DNA of 64,000 nt from Octopus vulgaris. Its lineage: Eukaryota. Positions 26,111 to 38,619 of this stretch are shown here, in pieces. The notes beneath the pieces were generated by a model, which made no database searches, was not told the DNA's origin, and saw nothing but the letters and a program-made list of their open reading frames with translations. Location of the stretch: assembly GCA_951406725.2 (NCBI GenBank), contig OX597814.1, positions 170,624,001 to 170,688,000 of the forward strand. Reading direction: 5' to 3'. The position numbers and the translations under genes were made by a program. The number at the start of each line of letters is the position of its first letter. Position 1 is the stretch's first letter.

Positions 26111-26908
26111 TGTTGTTTATAAACACAGTACATCCCATAAGAGGTATTACACTGACATTTAACTTCTGCTGCTTGTTTACAGATTTCCAGGCAGTACTTA
26201 TGTTTTTAAAACTGTTGACACCACTGGATTGAATGGTATTGTTCAGGTGTCAAAATCATAGTGTCAAAATCACTGATGATGGGAATGTATGTTTGATATG
26301 CTTGTTTTTGAAGTTTCTAAATTCATATGATGTAGGTAATAAACAATTCTTACAGGTAAGAACAAAGCTTCTAAAAGGAATAGAGAAATTCAAAGAATTG
26401 CTTTGGTACAGTGGTAGAACATCTATCATGTTTACAGAAGATATGGGTTTGAGTCCATGGGCAATCTTTAACCTTTTTCCATCCAAAGAGTTTTTGATAA
26501 GAAATATCTACACTATTATTCATAGTTTTGTAATTTGAGTTCTACTGTTAAAAACTGTGTGTGTGTGCATGTGTGCACGTGCATGCACATTGGTGTATGT
26601 TATACAGTAGTTGTAATTATATTACTGATCTATGACTAAGTTTCATGTCTATAGCAATTACTTCAGATAGGGAAATCATCAGATGGATTTGAAAGCAAAG
26701 AGCTCATATAGGTTATGTGAAAGGGCTCCATGTGTATTTAAGGAAGTATAAAATTTTTAGCTTCCATGAGGATAATTAGCAATAATTTAATTTTTTTAAT
26801 TTGTCAATGTTGAATGTAGTATAAATTGCTATCACCTATTTTCACATATATGTGTATGCATGTATATATATGTGTGTGTATGTGTGTGTGCATGTATGTG
26901 TGTGTGCA

Positions 26909-26954
<46 letters not shown>

Positions 26955-27049
26955 TGTGTGTGTATGTGTGTGTGTGTGTGTGTGCCTTTGTGTTCATGTT
27001 ACATGACATCATGACAAATTTCCTTTAATTGGATGGTCTTGTGTTTTTT

Positions 27050-27540
27050 TCCAGTTCTCTAAAAGGAATGCTCTGAAATGTCTGTCTTGGTCGAAAATCT
27101 TCGATCTGACGTTTAAAGTCTTTTTGTCGTTTGAGTTTTTTCAGCTGATTTTTTTTTTATCTGAATTACATAAGTTGCAAGTTCTTGTTCCATTTATGTA
27201 AGGGTTGTATTGGTCAAGACTTTTCCAATGGACGTCCAATTTAATTTTGCAGTCTTTCAATTTCCAAATATAGTTGTATAGTCCTACATATTTCCAAGTG
27301 AAAAAGTGTGATTGCAATAATAATTTTTGAATTTACCTTCCACCATTCTGACATAATGCTTATTCATATCTAGGTTTTGTTTTGTGGTGATGACCTTTCT
27401 CTCATAAATAATTACTTAAACATTGCAGCACCGATTGAAAGGGCAGGAATCTTTTTGTTTCTGCAAGTGAATTATACAATGTTGGTTTGGCAAGATTTCT
27501 TGTCATATTGTTTTCCTCTTCGATGTACAACTTTTATGTA
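27050..27540 (-). mobile_element. Penelope-like element GIY-YIG endonuclease remnant
   Basis: Across frameshifts: CRNKK/SCPFNRCC..VIIYE...HYVRMVEGKFK...YIWKLKD...W...PYINGTRTCNLC...LNVRSKIF...RH, matching the Penelope EN pattern. Confidence 0.7.
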
Positions 27541-27644
27541 GTTTCAAATTGTTTTTATTAAATGAATTTCAATAACTGCAGCCTATTAATGATGCCTCAG
27601 AAATGTTTAGCTAAAGGCGGCAAGCTGGCACAAATGTTAGCTGG

Positions 27645-28040
27645 CCAGAAGGCTGCACCTGGCTCCAATCTGATCTGGCAGAGTTTCTACAGTTGAGTGT
27701 TCTTCCTAATGCCAACCACTCCAAGAGTGGAGTGGGTGTTTTTACCTGCCATTGGCACGAGGGCCAGTCAGGCGGTACTGGCAACGGCCATGCTCAAATG
27801 GTGTTTTTTACGTGCCACCTGCACAGGACCCACAACCACGCTCGAATGTTGTTTTTCATGTGCCACCGGCACATGTACTAGCAAGGTGGTGCTGGCAATG
27901 ATCACACTCGAATGGTGCTTTTTATGTGCCATCAGCACTGGGGCCAATTGCAACTCTGGCAAAGATCATGCTCAAATGAGCTTTCAACATACCACTGGCA
28001 CGAGTGCCAATCAGGCAGTACTGTCATCAGCCATATCAGT
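27645..28040 (-). mobile_element. RTE LINE 3' UTR with the repeat array
   Basis: Reverse complement of the array seen at 40374-40669, with one shortened unit. Confidence 0.8.
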
Positions 28041-28123
28041 GATTTTTATTATATATATATATATATATATTATATTATATGTAAACAAACATGAGTTTGT
28101 CTTTGAAGCATTGAAATGTATTG

Positions 28124-28307
28124 TAGAACAAGTAGGAAGATATACTTTTCAATGTGTAAATACTGAACTGTATATATAGGATAGAATCATTTAAGAGCAG
28201 TAAATTTGTCAGCAATTTTTCTGCTCTTAAAGGATTTTATCCTGTATATATATATATATACTGTTTAGTATTTACGCATTGAAAAATACATCTTTCTACT
28301 TGTTCTA
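28124..28307. repeat. Hairpin, ~85-bp arms with a tiny loop
   Basis: TAGAACAAGTAG...TTTAAGAGCAG / CTGCTCTTAAA...CTACTTGTTCTA. Confidence 0.88.
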
Positions 28308-29310
28308 TTATATATATTCTGTAGATATATAAGCTAGGTGAATTTACCTATTTCCTCTTAGACTGAAAAAAACAAACATTCTTAATTGATTTTCAAACCT
28401 TATTAGGTTCTTGTCTGATGTGTCTACATTAATTTAACCAATCCCAGAGACATAAGCTGCCAATCTGTTTATATACTCAGCAAATCCAGTTGCTACAGAG
28501 AATTGGAGTTACTAATTTGCATACTGTAAGTGTTTAACACTTTATTTAATCTGAGACGAAAGGGCAAAGTTGAAAGGTTGGATTAAGTAATTCTTAGAAA
28601 GTAAAAACTTAATAAAAATAATGTAAATAATGATAAGTTTAAATTCAAGGAGAATTAGGGACTGCAAGGAGGGAACATAATCACAAGAAGGCCATGGCTA
28701 TAACTGCTCCCTCTGCAAATGAAACTAATCAGGCTTAACACCCGCTTCTCTAGCAACAATAACAACAACAATCACAGCAGCTGAAGCAAGTACTGATTAC
28801 GTTCCCAAAATTACAGCATTATTTGTGCAGCTGTACCTGTGGTAAATAGTGGACAAATAGCCAATTATATTGAACTTCAATTATAACAGTCAAATTTCTA
28901 GATGAAGATTGGAATAATGCCAAGTGATGATGGTAAACAAAATTTACTGTCATGGAATATTGATGTGACATCATATGAATATTTTAATGGTTAGAAATCT
29001 ATTTCCTGTTGCAGTTTAGCAGAAGAATTTTAAATATAACATCTTAGTATTGTTGGAGATGTGGTAACTTTATCTGGTGCCAAAGAATGAACAGAGACAA
29101 TGTAGTGTAGAGAAGAGTCTTTAATTTTGTCATGTAGATTACCTTTGTAGCACTAGTGCCATGATAAAATGCCACCAGTGCTGGATTAACCATTGAGCAA
29201 AATAAGCATGTGCTTAGGGTATCAAGGGAAAGAGGAGGCACCACAGAAATTGTAAATGGTTTACTGCACAAAAGAAATCCCTTTAAACTTGCTAAAATAA
29301 TATTTGGGAT

Positions 29311-29601
29311 GCCTTTATCTCTATTAATTATAGATGCAGATGTGTTACCTAAGATTAATTTTGAGGATCTGATCAAAGACTTTGCAATTCAGAAATGTAG
29401 GAGGAAACTTTTTAAATATAAATAAAGTGGAAGTATACAAAAATAGACATTATTTTCCCTCTTACTGTTTTGTTTCATTTTGAAAAAGAAAAATTTACTT
29501 TATGGTTTGTTATTGTTTATATTTTGAATTATGTGACCTTTTATGGGGGCACCAAAATCTTTTAAGTGCTTAGGGCTTTGATGGGTCTTAATATAGCCCT
29601 G
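29311..29601 (+). mobile_element. hAT transposon 3' end (dimerisation-domain remnant and TIR)
   Basis: LSLLIIDADVLPKINFEDLIKDFAIQKCRRK resembles the hAT C-terminus; ends GGTCTTAATATAGCCCTG (CAGGGC-type TIR). Confidence 0.7.
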
Positions 29602-29854
29602 CTCCAGCACACTCTGTAAAGTGGTTGGTGATAGAAAAGGCATCCACCTATAGCAACTATACTAAAAAGAGAATGAGCAAGGACAAGTGAGATGTAAACT
29701 CTGATCTATCAAAGACAGCAGTTACTCCAAATGAGAACTGATATTAACTGTGACAAACTTCCCAACCTATGCCAGCTTATCAAAGTGGCATAAAAGGATG
29801 CTGCTGCTGCTGATGATGATGATGATGACGAAAGCACAGCATTTAATTCCACAT

Positions 29855-30279
29855 ACTCTTTCTCTTTTACTCTTACTTGTTTCAGTCACTTGACTGTGGC
29901 CATGCTGGAACACCGCCTTTGGTCGAGCAAATCAACTCCAGGACTTATTCTTTGAAAAGCCTAGTATTTATTCTATCGGTCTCTTTTGCTGAACCACTAA
30001 GTTATGGGGACGCAAACACACCAGCATCAGTTGTCAAGCAATGTTGGGGGGCAGGGGGAAAACACAGACACACAAACATATACACACACATACATATATA
30101 TATACATACACACATATATTTACGACGGGCTTCTTTCAGTTTCCATCTACCAAATCCACTCACAAGGCTTTGGTCGGCCCGACGCTATAGTAGAAGACAC
30201 TTGCCCAAGGTGCCACACAGTGGGACTGAACCCGGAACCCTATGGCTGGTAAGCAAGCTACTTACCAAACAGCCACTAC
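29855..30279 (-). mobile_element. SINE-A, near full length
   Basis: Family match. Confidence 0.88.
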
Positions 30280-30903
30280 ATGGTGAATTTTGTTTGAAGT
30301 TGGTCATTAGAATTATTGCTTTTCATATTGGCAAGGCACAATATTTCTTGCTAACAGAGTCTAATATATAGTAAGAGAAAGGAAATTGGGAAGCTGCTGC
30401 ATTAATGTCTAATCAGTGTGTTTACATTTAACACGAACATTTGAGTGGTTAAGAAGTTTGCTTCATAAACACGAGGCTCCATTTGGATTTAATGCCACAA
30501 AGCAAAACCTTTGAAAAGCATCTTCTTGTGTGTATTGAAGATTGTGTAATTGAAATTTGTTAGACATAAACTTGTATGGGAGACTGTCAAATGGACTGAA
30601 TTTGTAATTCAAAGACCCTAATCTTGTCACAAATGCTGAGTTTATCAGAAGGTTATATTGAAGTGTTTGTTGGGTATATGGTCACTTAACACTAAAAATC
30701 AATGAATGTGTAGTTCCAGTGTTTGAACAAGTGGAACCTTCATTTGTTGGGAATAATGTAAAATTTATTTACATAGTGTGAATTGGCCTCAATTGCAAAT
30801 TATGACTTTATAACAGATTCAAAACTGAATTCAGGTTAAACTCACTTCGTTAAAGCTACAGCCCCAACAAATCACATAACTACACCAACTAAAAAGTAGC
30901 TTT

Positions 30904-30942
<39 letters not shown>

Positions 30943-30951
30943 GTAATAATA

Positions 30952-31355
30952 ATAGTTGTCAGAGATCATGAAGAAAAAAAATGCTTTCTAATTGATGTAT
31001 CAATACCGGCAGATGACAACATGTCTCTAATAGAAATGGAGAAACTTTCAAAATACAAAAACCTGGAAATAGAGGTAACCAGAATGTGGAATCTAAAAAC
31101 AGAAACAATTCCTATCATAGTAGGTGCATTAGGCATAATAAAAAAAATATTCAGACAAATGCATAACAAAAACACCAGGACTTACAAACACATATAACAT
31201 ACAGAAAATTGCACTACTAGGCACTACACACATCCAACGCAGAACACTTTGCATACAATAACCATCAGAGCATCACAACAAATCACAGCACATACCCAAG
31301 GCACATAGAGCTGTGCTCGGTAGTGAAGTGAACGCACACTATAAAAATAAAACTA

Positions 31356-31360
<5 letters not shown>
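30952..31360 (+). mobile_element. R4/Dong LINE (family 1), 5'-truncated copy in (TAA)n
   Basis: Closely matches 38177-38589; (TAA)n on both sides. Confidence 0.92.
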
Positions 31361-31383
<23 letters not shown>

Positions 31384-31389
<6 letters not shown>

Positions 31390-31590
31390 TCTTTGTAATC
31401 ACAAATTTTAAAACAAACATAATTTTCTTATGGTTTCTTAAACATTCACTAGTACAACACTAAGTACAAAACCAAATATATGGCACCCTAGGCATAACAC
31501 CAACATGAACTTCCAGCTTGTTGTCTCTTGAGGTCTCTGGTTGAGACTTGGAGCCAACTTGCACAAATGTAAAGCAAAAGTCAAACATAC
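31384..31590 (+). mobile_element. Putative Dong-type 3' UTR (family 3)
   Basis: Starts in (TAA)n and shares its 3' ~90 bp with 11190-11280. Confidence 0.5.
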
Positions 31591-31610
31591 AACAACAACA
31601 ACAACAATAA

Positions 31611-31827
31611 GCCTTTCTACTAAAGGCACAAGGTTTGAAATATGTGGGAGGGAACTAGTTGATTACGTAGACTCCAGTGTTTCACTGGTACTTAATTTAT
31701 TGACCCTGAAAGGATGAAAGGCAAAGTTGACCTCGGCAGAATGTGAACTTAGAACATCTTTAAGACGGATGAAATGCTGTTAAGCATTTTGTCTGGTGTG
31801 CTAACGTTTCTGCCAGCTTGCAACCTT
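31611..31827 (-). mobile_element. SINE-B variant with alternative tail (B')
   Basis: SINE-B head and central domain, but tail ...CCTTGTGCCTTTAGTAGAAAGG. Confidence 0.8.
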
Positions 31828-31876
31828 AAATAATAATAATAATAATAAGAAGAAGAAGAAGAAGAAGAAGAAGAAT

Positions 31877-32090
31877 CCTTTTTATTATAGGTACAAGACC
31901 TGAAGTTTTGGGGGAGTGGACCAGTCGATTACATTGACCCCAGAATTTCACTGGTACTTAATTTATCTGCCCCGAAAGGATGAAAGGCAAAGTCGACTTC
32001 AGTCTAATTTGAACTCAGAATGTAGTGACAGGTGAAGCACCGCTAAGCATTTTGTCCAGCATGCTAGTGACTCTGCCAGCTTGCTGCTTT
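31877..32090 (-). mobile_element. SINE-B' copy
   Basis: As 31611-31827. Confidence 0.8.
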
Positions 32091-32381
32091 ACTACTAATA
32101 ATAGACAATTAAATTGTTGGTTACATACAAATATTGTTTTTGTGTTAGCAAGATAACATGTATGTTTCTTTCTTCTTGTCATCTTGCACAAAATATGACA
32201 TCTCTGGTTCTCTTCTCTACCATTAAGAGAGTTCCTACAAGCTATCTACAAAACCTTACCTCCTTTGTTATGTAATGATTAAAAGGCAAAAAAAAAAAAC
32301 AGGTTCCAATCTATATTTCCCATATAGTTAGATAAAATACAGCCTTTAATTCTACTTCCACTTACATTGATTGTTCCAGCA

Positions 32382-32817
32382 TCCGTATAAATAAAAGGCA
32401 GGATGTGTGTGTGTGTGTGTGTGTGTGTACGTGAATGTAGCTTATGCAAGTCCTCAAATGAGCACGCATGTCGCTCCAATTTTAGGAGGACATTCATCAT
32501 GATCCTAGCTGCATTTTTGTCAACTTATTTTTCCCAGAGGCACCAGCGAATAGCAGTAAAAATAAATTTTCAACCAAAACTTTTAACAATTTTCAAGTCG
32601 GAGAAATCACCATTGTTTACAAACAGGAGTTTGTAAACAAACTTATGGGATTACCCAATCAAGTTGTCTGCAACTCATTTTCAGCCAAATGTTTACCAAT
32701 TTCAACGGATTTCGCCCAAATTTGACATCAATGTTACTTAGTTTGGTTTGAAATAAAGAACTTGATTAGCTTAATAATCCCATCTTAATCCCGAGCAAAG
32801 CTGGGTTATACTGCTAG
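32382..32817 (+). mobile_element. Non-autonomous Helitron
   Basis: A|TC 5' end, internal (TG)n, subterminal hairpin CCCGAGCAAAGCTGGG, CTAG|T 3' end, no TSD. Confidence 0.75.
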
Positions 32818-33189
32818 TTTTAGTATATGACTGTCTCAGTAATGTCTGCGATTTTGTTGCTGCAACATCCCATCTTTAATTAGCTTGCTTATTAACTCTT
32901 TCATAACCTCTATAATTTGACTTTCTGCTGTCTGTGAGTAGACATTTCTTGATTCTATTCATATAAATTTTTTGTAACAGTAATTCTCTACCCCTTTCTG
33001 AGTGCAAGTGATGTCTTGTAGTTGCCAAATAGGGATTACACTTCACTTCTCCTTGATAACATCCTCCACATTACATTTGCAATCTTGAATATTTTTGATG
33101 AATGAATTATTGGGACAAATAATTGTAGGTCTTTTAAAATACAACTTGAATGATGATCAAGGGGACTTAAAAATCCTTAATTCACTGAC

Positions 33190-33720
33190 ATTTTATCGTA
33201 ATAACACTGTCAAAAACCAGGATACATTCTGGAGAGCGACTGAATGTCTAAGGAAATGGTGAAGAGTAAACCTGCAAACATGACAGTAACTGTAAAAGTA
33301 GCTGCTTCTAAACAGTTTTCTGTATTGGATAAAGAGGGAGCTAAGGATTTTAGTTAGGAATGGTGAAAGGAAAGTTTACAGGAAGTAAGTGTTATGAATA
33401 AGAAATAATTTAGCAGATGTATTCATTAAGAACTAAAATCTAATTCCAGTGTCACAACCATCGTTATCATTGATAGTTTCGTGATGTGATTTCTACACTG
33501 GCCTAGGTTGAATGAGATTCCAGCTGTCCCTATCTATAGTTAATTCTTCTCTAAGGCCTAACAATCTTAGCTCTGAGAGGACATTAAAGTAAATGAAATT
33601 ATAAGGTAACAGAAGGTTAGAGGTTTTGGAAACTTGTGTGCCATGAATAGGAACTAGTCTGATAATGTTGATGAATCAGTTTGGATCGGTGAGTAGGCAA
33701 CAAGATTAGTGATGCAACAA
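33190..33720 (-). mobile_element. Possible L2/CR1-type RT remnant, very degraded
   Basis: Scattered peptides CKLSFHHS*LKSLAPSLS and LRHSVALQN resemble the L2 RT thumb region. Confidence 0.35.
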
Positions 33721-34354
33721 CGATAGTTTTAAGTCATCTTAATTTGACCAACAGCTAAGTAAATAAAGATCATTAAACTACTAACAAAGATAAACCTGGT
33801 GGCTATAGCAAATTGGTAATCTAAACAGTTTTTATGTGGCTCCATGCAAGCAAATATGGCTAAAATAAGAAGACAATTCTGTTGGTAGAACATGAAGATT
33901 ACACTAATCAATTGGATGTCTGAAGAGAAAACCTCCCAATACATTTTAGGCCACAGAACAAGTCAACTGCAAAGCATTGTGTGAATTTATGAATAAGAAT
34001 GCTATTAATGAAATTAATCAAATAGTGTTGGAATCAATAATAGCTGACAGGCAGTGGTGGCAGAACAGTGGAAGCTGAGCATGTAATCTGACCCATAGCA
34101 GCAGCTGCCACTCCAGCCAGTCAATATTACACACAACAACAGCATAGTCAAATCATCACTTAAATTAAGGAACCTCACTTCGGAATGTCTATTTATTGGG
34201 GAAGAAGCTTTCTTCCGTTTTACTTCTGCTATAACAACAGAGAATTTCTACAACTAATATTTACAACAAAAAAAATAAAGTTGTTCTTGTTTTTTATTGC
34301 ATTGGTAGTAATAATAATAATAATAATAATAATAGTAATAATAATAATGTTGTC

Positions 34355-35375
34355 ATGATGATGAGAAGAAGAAGAAGAAGAAGAAGAAGAAGAGGAGGAG
34401 GAAGAAGAAGAAGAAGAAGAAGAAGAGAAGAAGAGAAGAAGAGAAGAAGAGGAGGAGGAGGAAGAAGTGGGGGACGAAGCAGAAGAAGAAGAAGAAGAAG
34501 AAGAAGAAGAAGAAGAAAAGAAGAGGAGGAGGAGGATGAAGAAGTAGAGAAGGAGGAGGAGGATGAAGAAGAAGAGAAGGCGGGGGAGGAGGAGGAGGAG
34601 GAGGAAGAAGAAGAAGAAGAAGAAGAAGAAGAAGAGAAGAAGAGGAGGAGGAGTAAGAAGTGGGGGACGAAGCAGAAGAAGAAGAAGAAGAAGAAGAAAA
34701 GAAGAGGAGGAGGAGGATGAAGAAGAAGAGAAGGAGGAGGAGGATGAAGAAGAAGAGAAGGCGGGGGAGGAGGAGGAGGAGGAGGAGGAGGAGGAGGAAG
34801 AAGAAGAAGAAGAAGAAGAAAAGAAGAAGAAGAAGAAGAAGAAGAAGAAGAAGAAGAAGAAGAAGAAGAAGAAGAAGAAGAGGAGGAGGAGGAGGAGGAG
34901 GAGGAAGAAGAAGAGGAGGAGGAGGAGGAGTAAGAAGTGGAGGACGAAGAAGAAGAAGAAGAAGAAGAAGAAGAAGAAAAGAAGAAGAAGAAGAAGAAGA
35001 AGAAGAAGAAGAGGAGAAGAAGAGGAGGAAGAGGAGGAAGAAGAAGAGGAGGAGGAGGAGGAGGAGGAGTAAGAAGTGGAGGACGAAGAAGAAGAAGAAG
35101 AAGAAGAAGAAGAAGAAGAAGAAGAAGAAAAGAAGAAGAAGAAGAAGAAGAAGAAAAGAAGAAGAAGAAGAGGAGGAGGAGGAAGAAGAAGAAGAGGAGG
35201 AGGAAGAAGGAGGAGGAAGAAGAAGAAGAAGAAGAAGAAGAAGAAGAAGAAGAATAGGAAGAAGAAGAGGAGGACGAAGAAGAGGAGGACGAAGAAGAAG
35301 AAGAAGAAGAAGAAGAAGAAGAAGAAGAAGAAGAAGAAGAAGAAGAAGAAGAAGAAGAAGAAGAAGAAGAAGAAG
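34355..35375. repeat. ~1-kb (GAA)n/(GGA)n polypurine tract with internal higher-order duplications
   Basis: Directly visible; AAGTGG(G/A)GGACGAAG marker recurs four times. Confidence 0.95.
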
Positions 35376-35599
35376 CCGGAGAAATAGTTTATCTATGTGA
35401 TGTTAATGATTTTAAGTTCCAGCATTAGGGAAGAAGTTTTTCAGCTGTGAAGGAAGAAGAATGCTAAGTTGTGGTATTTATCTCTTTCTCAAGAGCATCA
35501 ATGATGATGTAGTTCCAAAAGGGTTGCCAGTTTCAATTTGCCTTAAGTTTAATCCTGCATTATATTGTCTGCCACAAACACACAACATTCTTAATGATG

Positions 35600-35634
<35 letters not shown>

Positions 35635-35635
<1 letters not shown>

Positions 35636-38484
35636 TCAGTGATATCACTGAGCTAAATAACCTAATATACGCAGCAGCCACTGCAGCCACAAAAGAAGCT
35701 GGATACTCACCCAAACCCGCCCAAACAGGAGTACCACCACCCAAACAAACCCTGTGGATAAATAACATCCAAAGCAAAATAAAAAAAATTAGAAAAGACC
35801 TGTCGATTCTTAATGAAATCAGCAAAGAATCAACGCTACTGAGCAACAAAAAGAGAACAAAAATACTCCGCAAATATAACATGACAGAGAAAGATTTGCC
35901 TGAAATAAAAGAAAAGCTGAAGCAAGATATCCTTGCCAAAGCACAAAGGATCCGCCGGTACAAGAAACGCCAACGCTTCTTTGAAGAAAACAAAAAGTTC
36001 AGCTCCAACCCCAAAAAGTTCTACCAAGAACTGGGCAAAAATAAAATAGAAGTCACTGCAGCACCAACGGCAGAAGAATTGGAAGAATTCTGGAGAGAGA
36101 TATGGTCGGCGAACGAACCACCAAAAAAAGGAGTATCAAAATTACAAACTCGGCATCTGAACAACTTTGGACCCCCATAACAACTGAAGAGGTCACCCAG
36201 GCACTGCAAAGACTAAGCAACTGGAAGGCACCTGGGCATGACAAGATCCCCAACTTCTGGTTGAAATATCTAACAGGAATGCACAAAAAGCTGGCTGAAA
36301 ACTTTAACAACGTACTAGCAGAGCCAGAAACAATGCCTGAATGGCTCACGAAGGGGAAAACCATCTTAATTCCCAAATCAAATGAAACAGAAAAACCAGA
36401 AAACTACAGACCAATAACCTGCCTCCCTACTATGTTCAAGGCATTTACTGCAGTGATATCACAAAGGCTGAACAAGCACCTGGACGAAAACAAACTGTTC
36501 CCAGAAGAGCAGAAAGGATGCCGCAAAGGCTCATATGGCTGTAAAGATCAACTAATGATTAATAAAGCCATAACTGAAGACAGCCACAGAAAGAAGAAAG
36601 GCCTCAGTATGGCCTGGATTGACTACAAAAAGGCGTTTGATAGCATCCCCCACACATGGATCCTCGAAACACTAGCCATTAACAAAGTAGCACCAACAAT
36701 CATAAAATTCATAGAGCACTCTATGAATAAATGGCAAACAGTCCTACACCTCCAAACAAAAGAGGGACTCATGAAAACCAAAGACATCCCCATTAGAAGA
36801 GGAATATTCCAGGGAGACACGCTCTCTCCACTCCTTTTCTGCTTGGCACTGTCACCTCTATCTGATATGCTAAATAGAACTGGATGCGGATATAAATGTT
36901 ACGGCAAGACGATCAGCCACCTTTTATATATGGATGACCTAAAACTATACGCTGCAAATGACAAACAGCTGGAAACACTATTAAAGACAGTTCATGGATT
37001 TACCAAAGAAATAGATATGAAATTTGGATTAGAAAAATGCGCCAAAGTAACCATGAAAAGAGGAAAACTAGTTAAGAGTAACAACATCACACTAGATAAA
37101 ACCAATGAAATAAAAGAATTAGACCAAAGCCAAACTTACAAATACTTAGGAATCCATGAACTAGATAAGACACAACACACACAAATGAAAGAGAAAATAA
37201 AAAAGAATATTATAGACGAGTTAGATCAATACTAAACACAGAGCTCAATGCTAAAAACAAGATAATAGGTATCAACACTTTAGCTGTCCCAGTTATAAGT
37301 TACAGCTACAATATCCTTAACTGGACACGAAATGAACTGACCAAAATAGATAGGAAAACAAGAAAAATAATGACAGGATCTAGGATGCATCACCCAAAAT
37401 CTGACATAGAAAGACTATATATACAACGTATGGAAGGTGGTAGAGGCCTTATACAGCTGGAAAACTACTATAAAATAACCACCATAGGACTGCAAAAATA
37501 TCTACTTCAGAAGGAAGGAAAACTGATCCAGATAGCGGCAAAACACGAGCAAAACAAAAAACTGTTCTCAGTATTTAAGGAAGCTGACAAATACAAACAA
37601 GAAATCATACCACCTAATAAACATGAAGAAGAAGAAGAAGATGAAGAAACAACAAAAGCTATAAAACAAATGAAATCCAAACTAAAAACAGAACAGCAAC
37701 GAACCATGATAAAACGATGGCAAGAAAAGCCCCTTCATGGTAAATACTGCACTAAACTAAACGCAAAAGAAATAGACAAAGAAAAATCCCAGCAATGGTT
37801 GAGAAGCTCAGGACTCAAAGCAGAGACAGAGGGATTTTTAATTGCAGCACAAGACCAAAGCCTCCCCACCAGAAATTACCAAAAACATGTAATGAAAAGA
37901 AATATTACAAGTAACTGCAGAATATGTGGAGATGGACAAGAAACAATAAATCATATTATCTCTAGCTGCCCAGTCCTGGCTAAGAAGGAATATATTCACA
38001 GACATGACAGAGTTGGAACCTACATACATTGGAAGCTATGCCAACATTATGGAATAACAACAGAAAAAAGATGGTATAGGCACACACCAGAAAAGGTCAC
38101 AGAAAACGAGAAAGCAACCATACTCTGGGATATGCCGATACACACAGATAGAGAAATTAAGGCCAACAGACCAGATATAGTTGTCAGAGATCATGAAGAA
38201 AAAAATGCTTTTTAATTGATGTATCAATACCGGCAGATGACAACGTGTCTCTAAAAGAAATGGAGAAACTCTCAAAATACAAAGACCTGGAAATAGAGGT
38301 AACTAGAATGTGGAATCTGAAAACAGAAACAATTCCTATCATAGTAGGTGCATTAGGCATGATAAAAAAATATTCAGATAAATACATAACAAAAACACCA
38401 GGACTTACAAACACATATAACATACAGAAAATTGCACTACTAGGCACTGCCCACATCCTACGCAGAACACTTTCCATACAATAA
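35635..38484 (+). pseudogene. Frameshifted RT-endonuclease ORF of the Dong element
   Basis: ORF pieces 35461-36180, 36102-37235, 37370-38215 and 38245-38484 join through frameshifts at ~36130, ~37200 and ~38200. Confidence 0.88.
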
Positions 38485-38584
38485 CCATCAGAGCATCACA
38501 ACAAATCACAGCACATACCCAAGGCACACAGAGCTGCGCTCGGTAGTGAAGTGAAAGCACGCTATAAAAATAAAAATAAAACTA

Positions 38585-38589
<5 letters not shown>
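35635..38589 (+). mobile_element. R4/Dong-clade non-LTR retrotransposon (RT + CCHC + RLE), 5'-truncated, inserted in (TAA)n
   Basis: KAPGHD, NYRPITCL, DYKKAFDS, GIFQGDTLSPLLF, YMDD, YKYLG; CRICGDGQETINHIISSC; RHD...NRPDIV; (TAA)n at both ends, the known Dong target. Confidence 0.95.

Positions 38590-38619
<30 letters not shown>

Noticed and set aside
29877-30371. Recurrent ORFs of the RRASFSFHLPNPLTRLWSAR type suggesting a gene family
   Set aside because: Antisense translations of SINE-A copies
34355-35400. Arg/Lys/Glu-rich protamine-like ORFs
   Set aside because: A purine-only tract cannot contain stop codons, so all frames are trivially open
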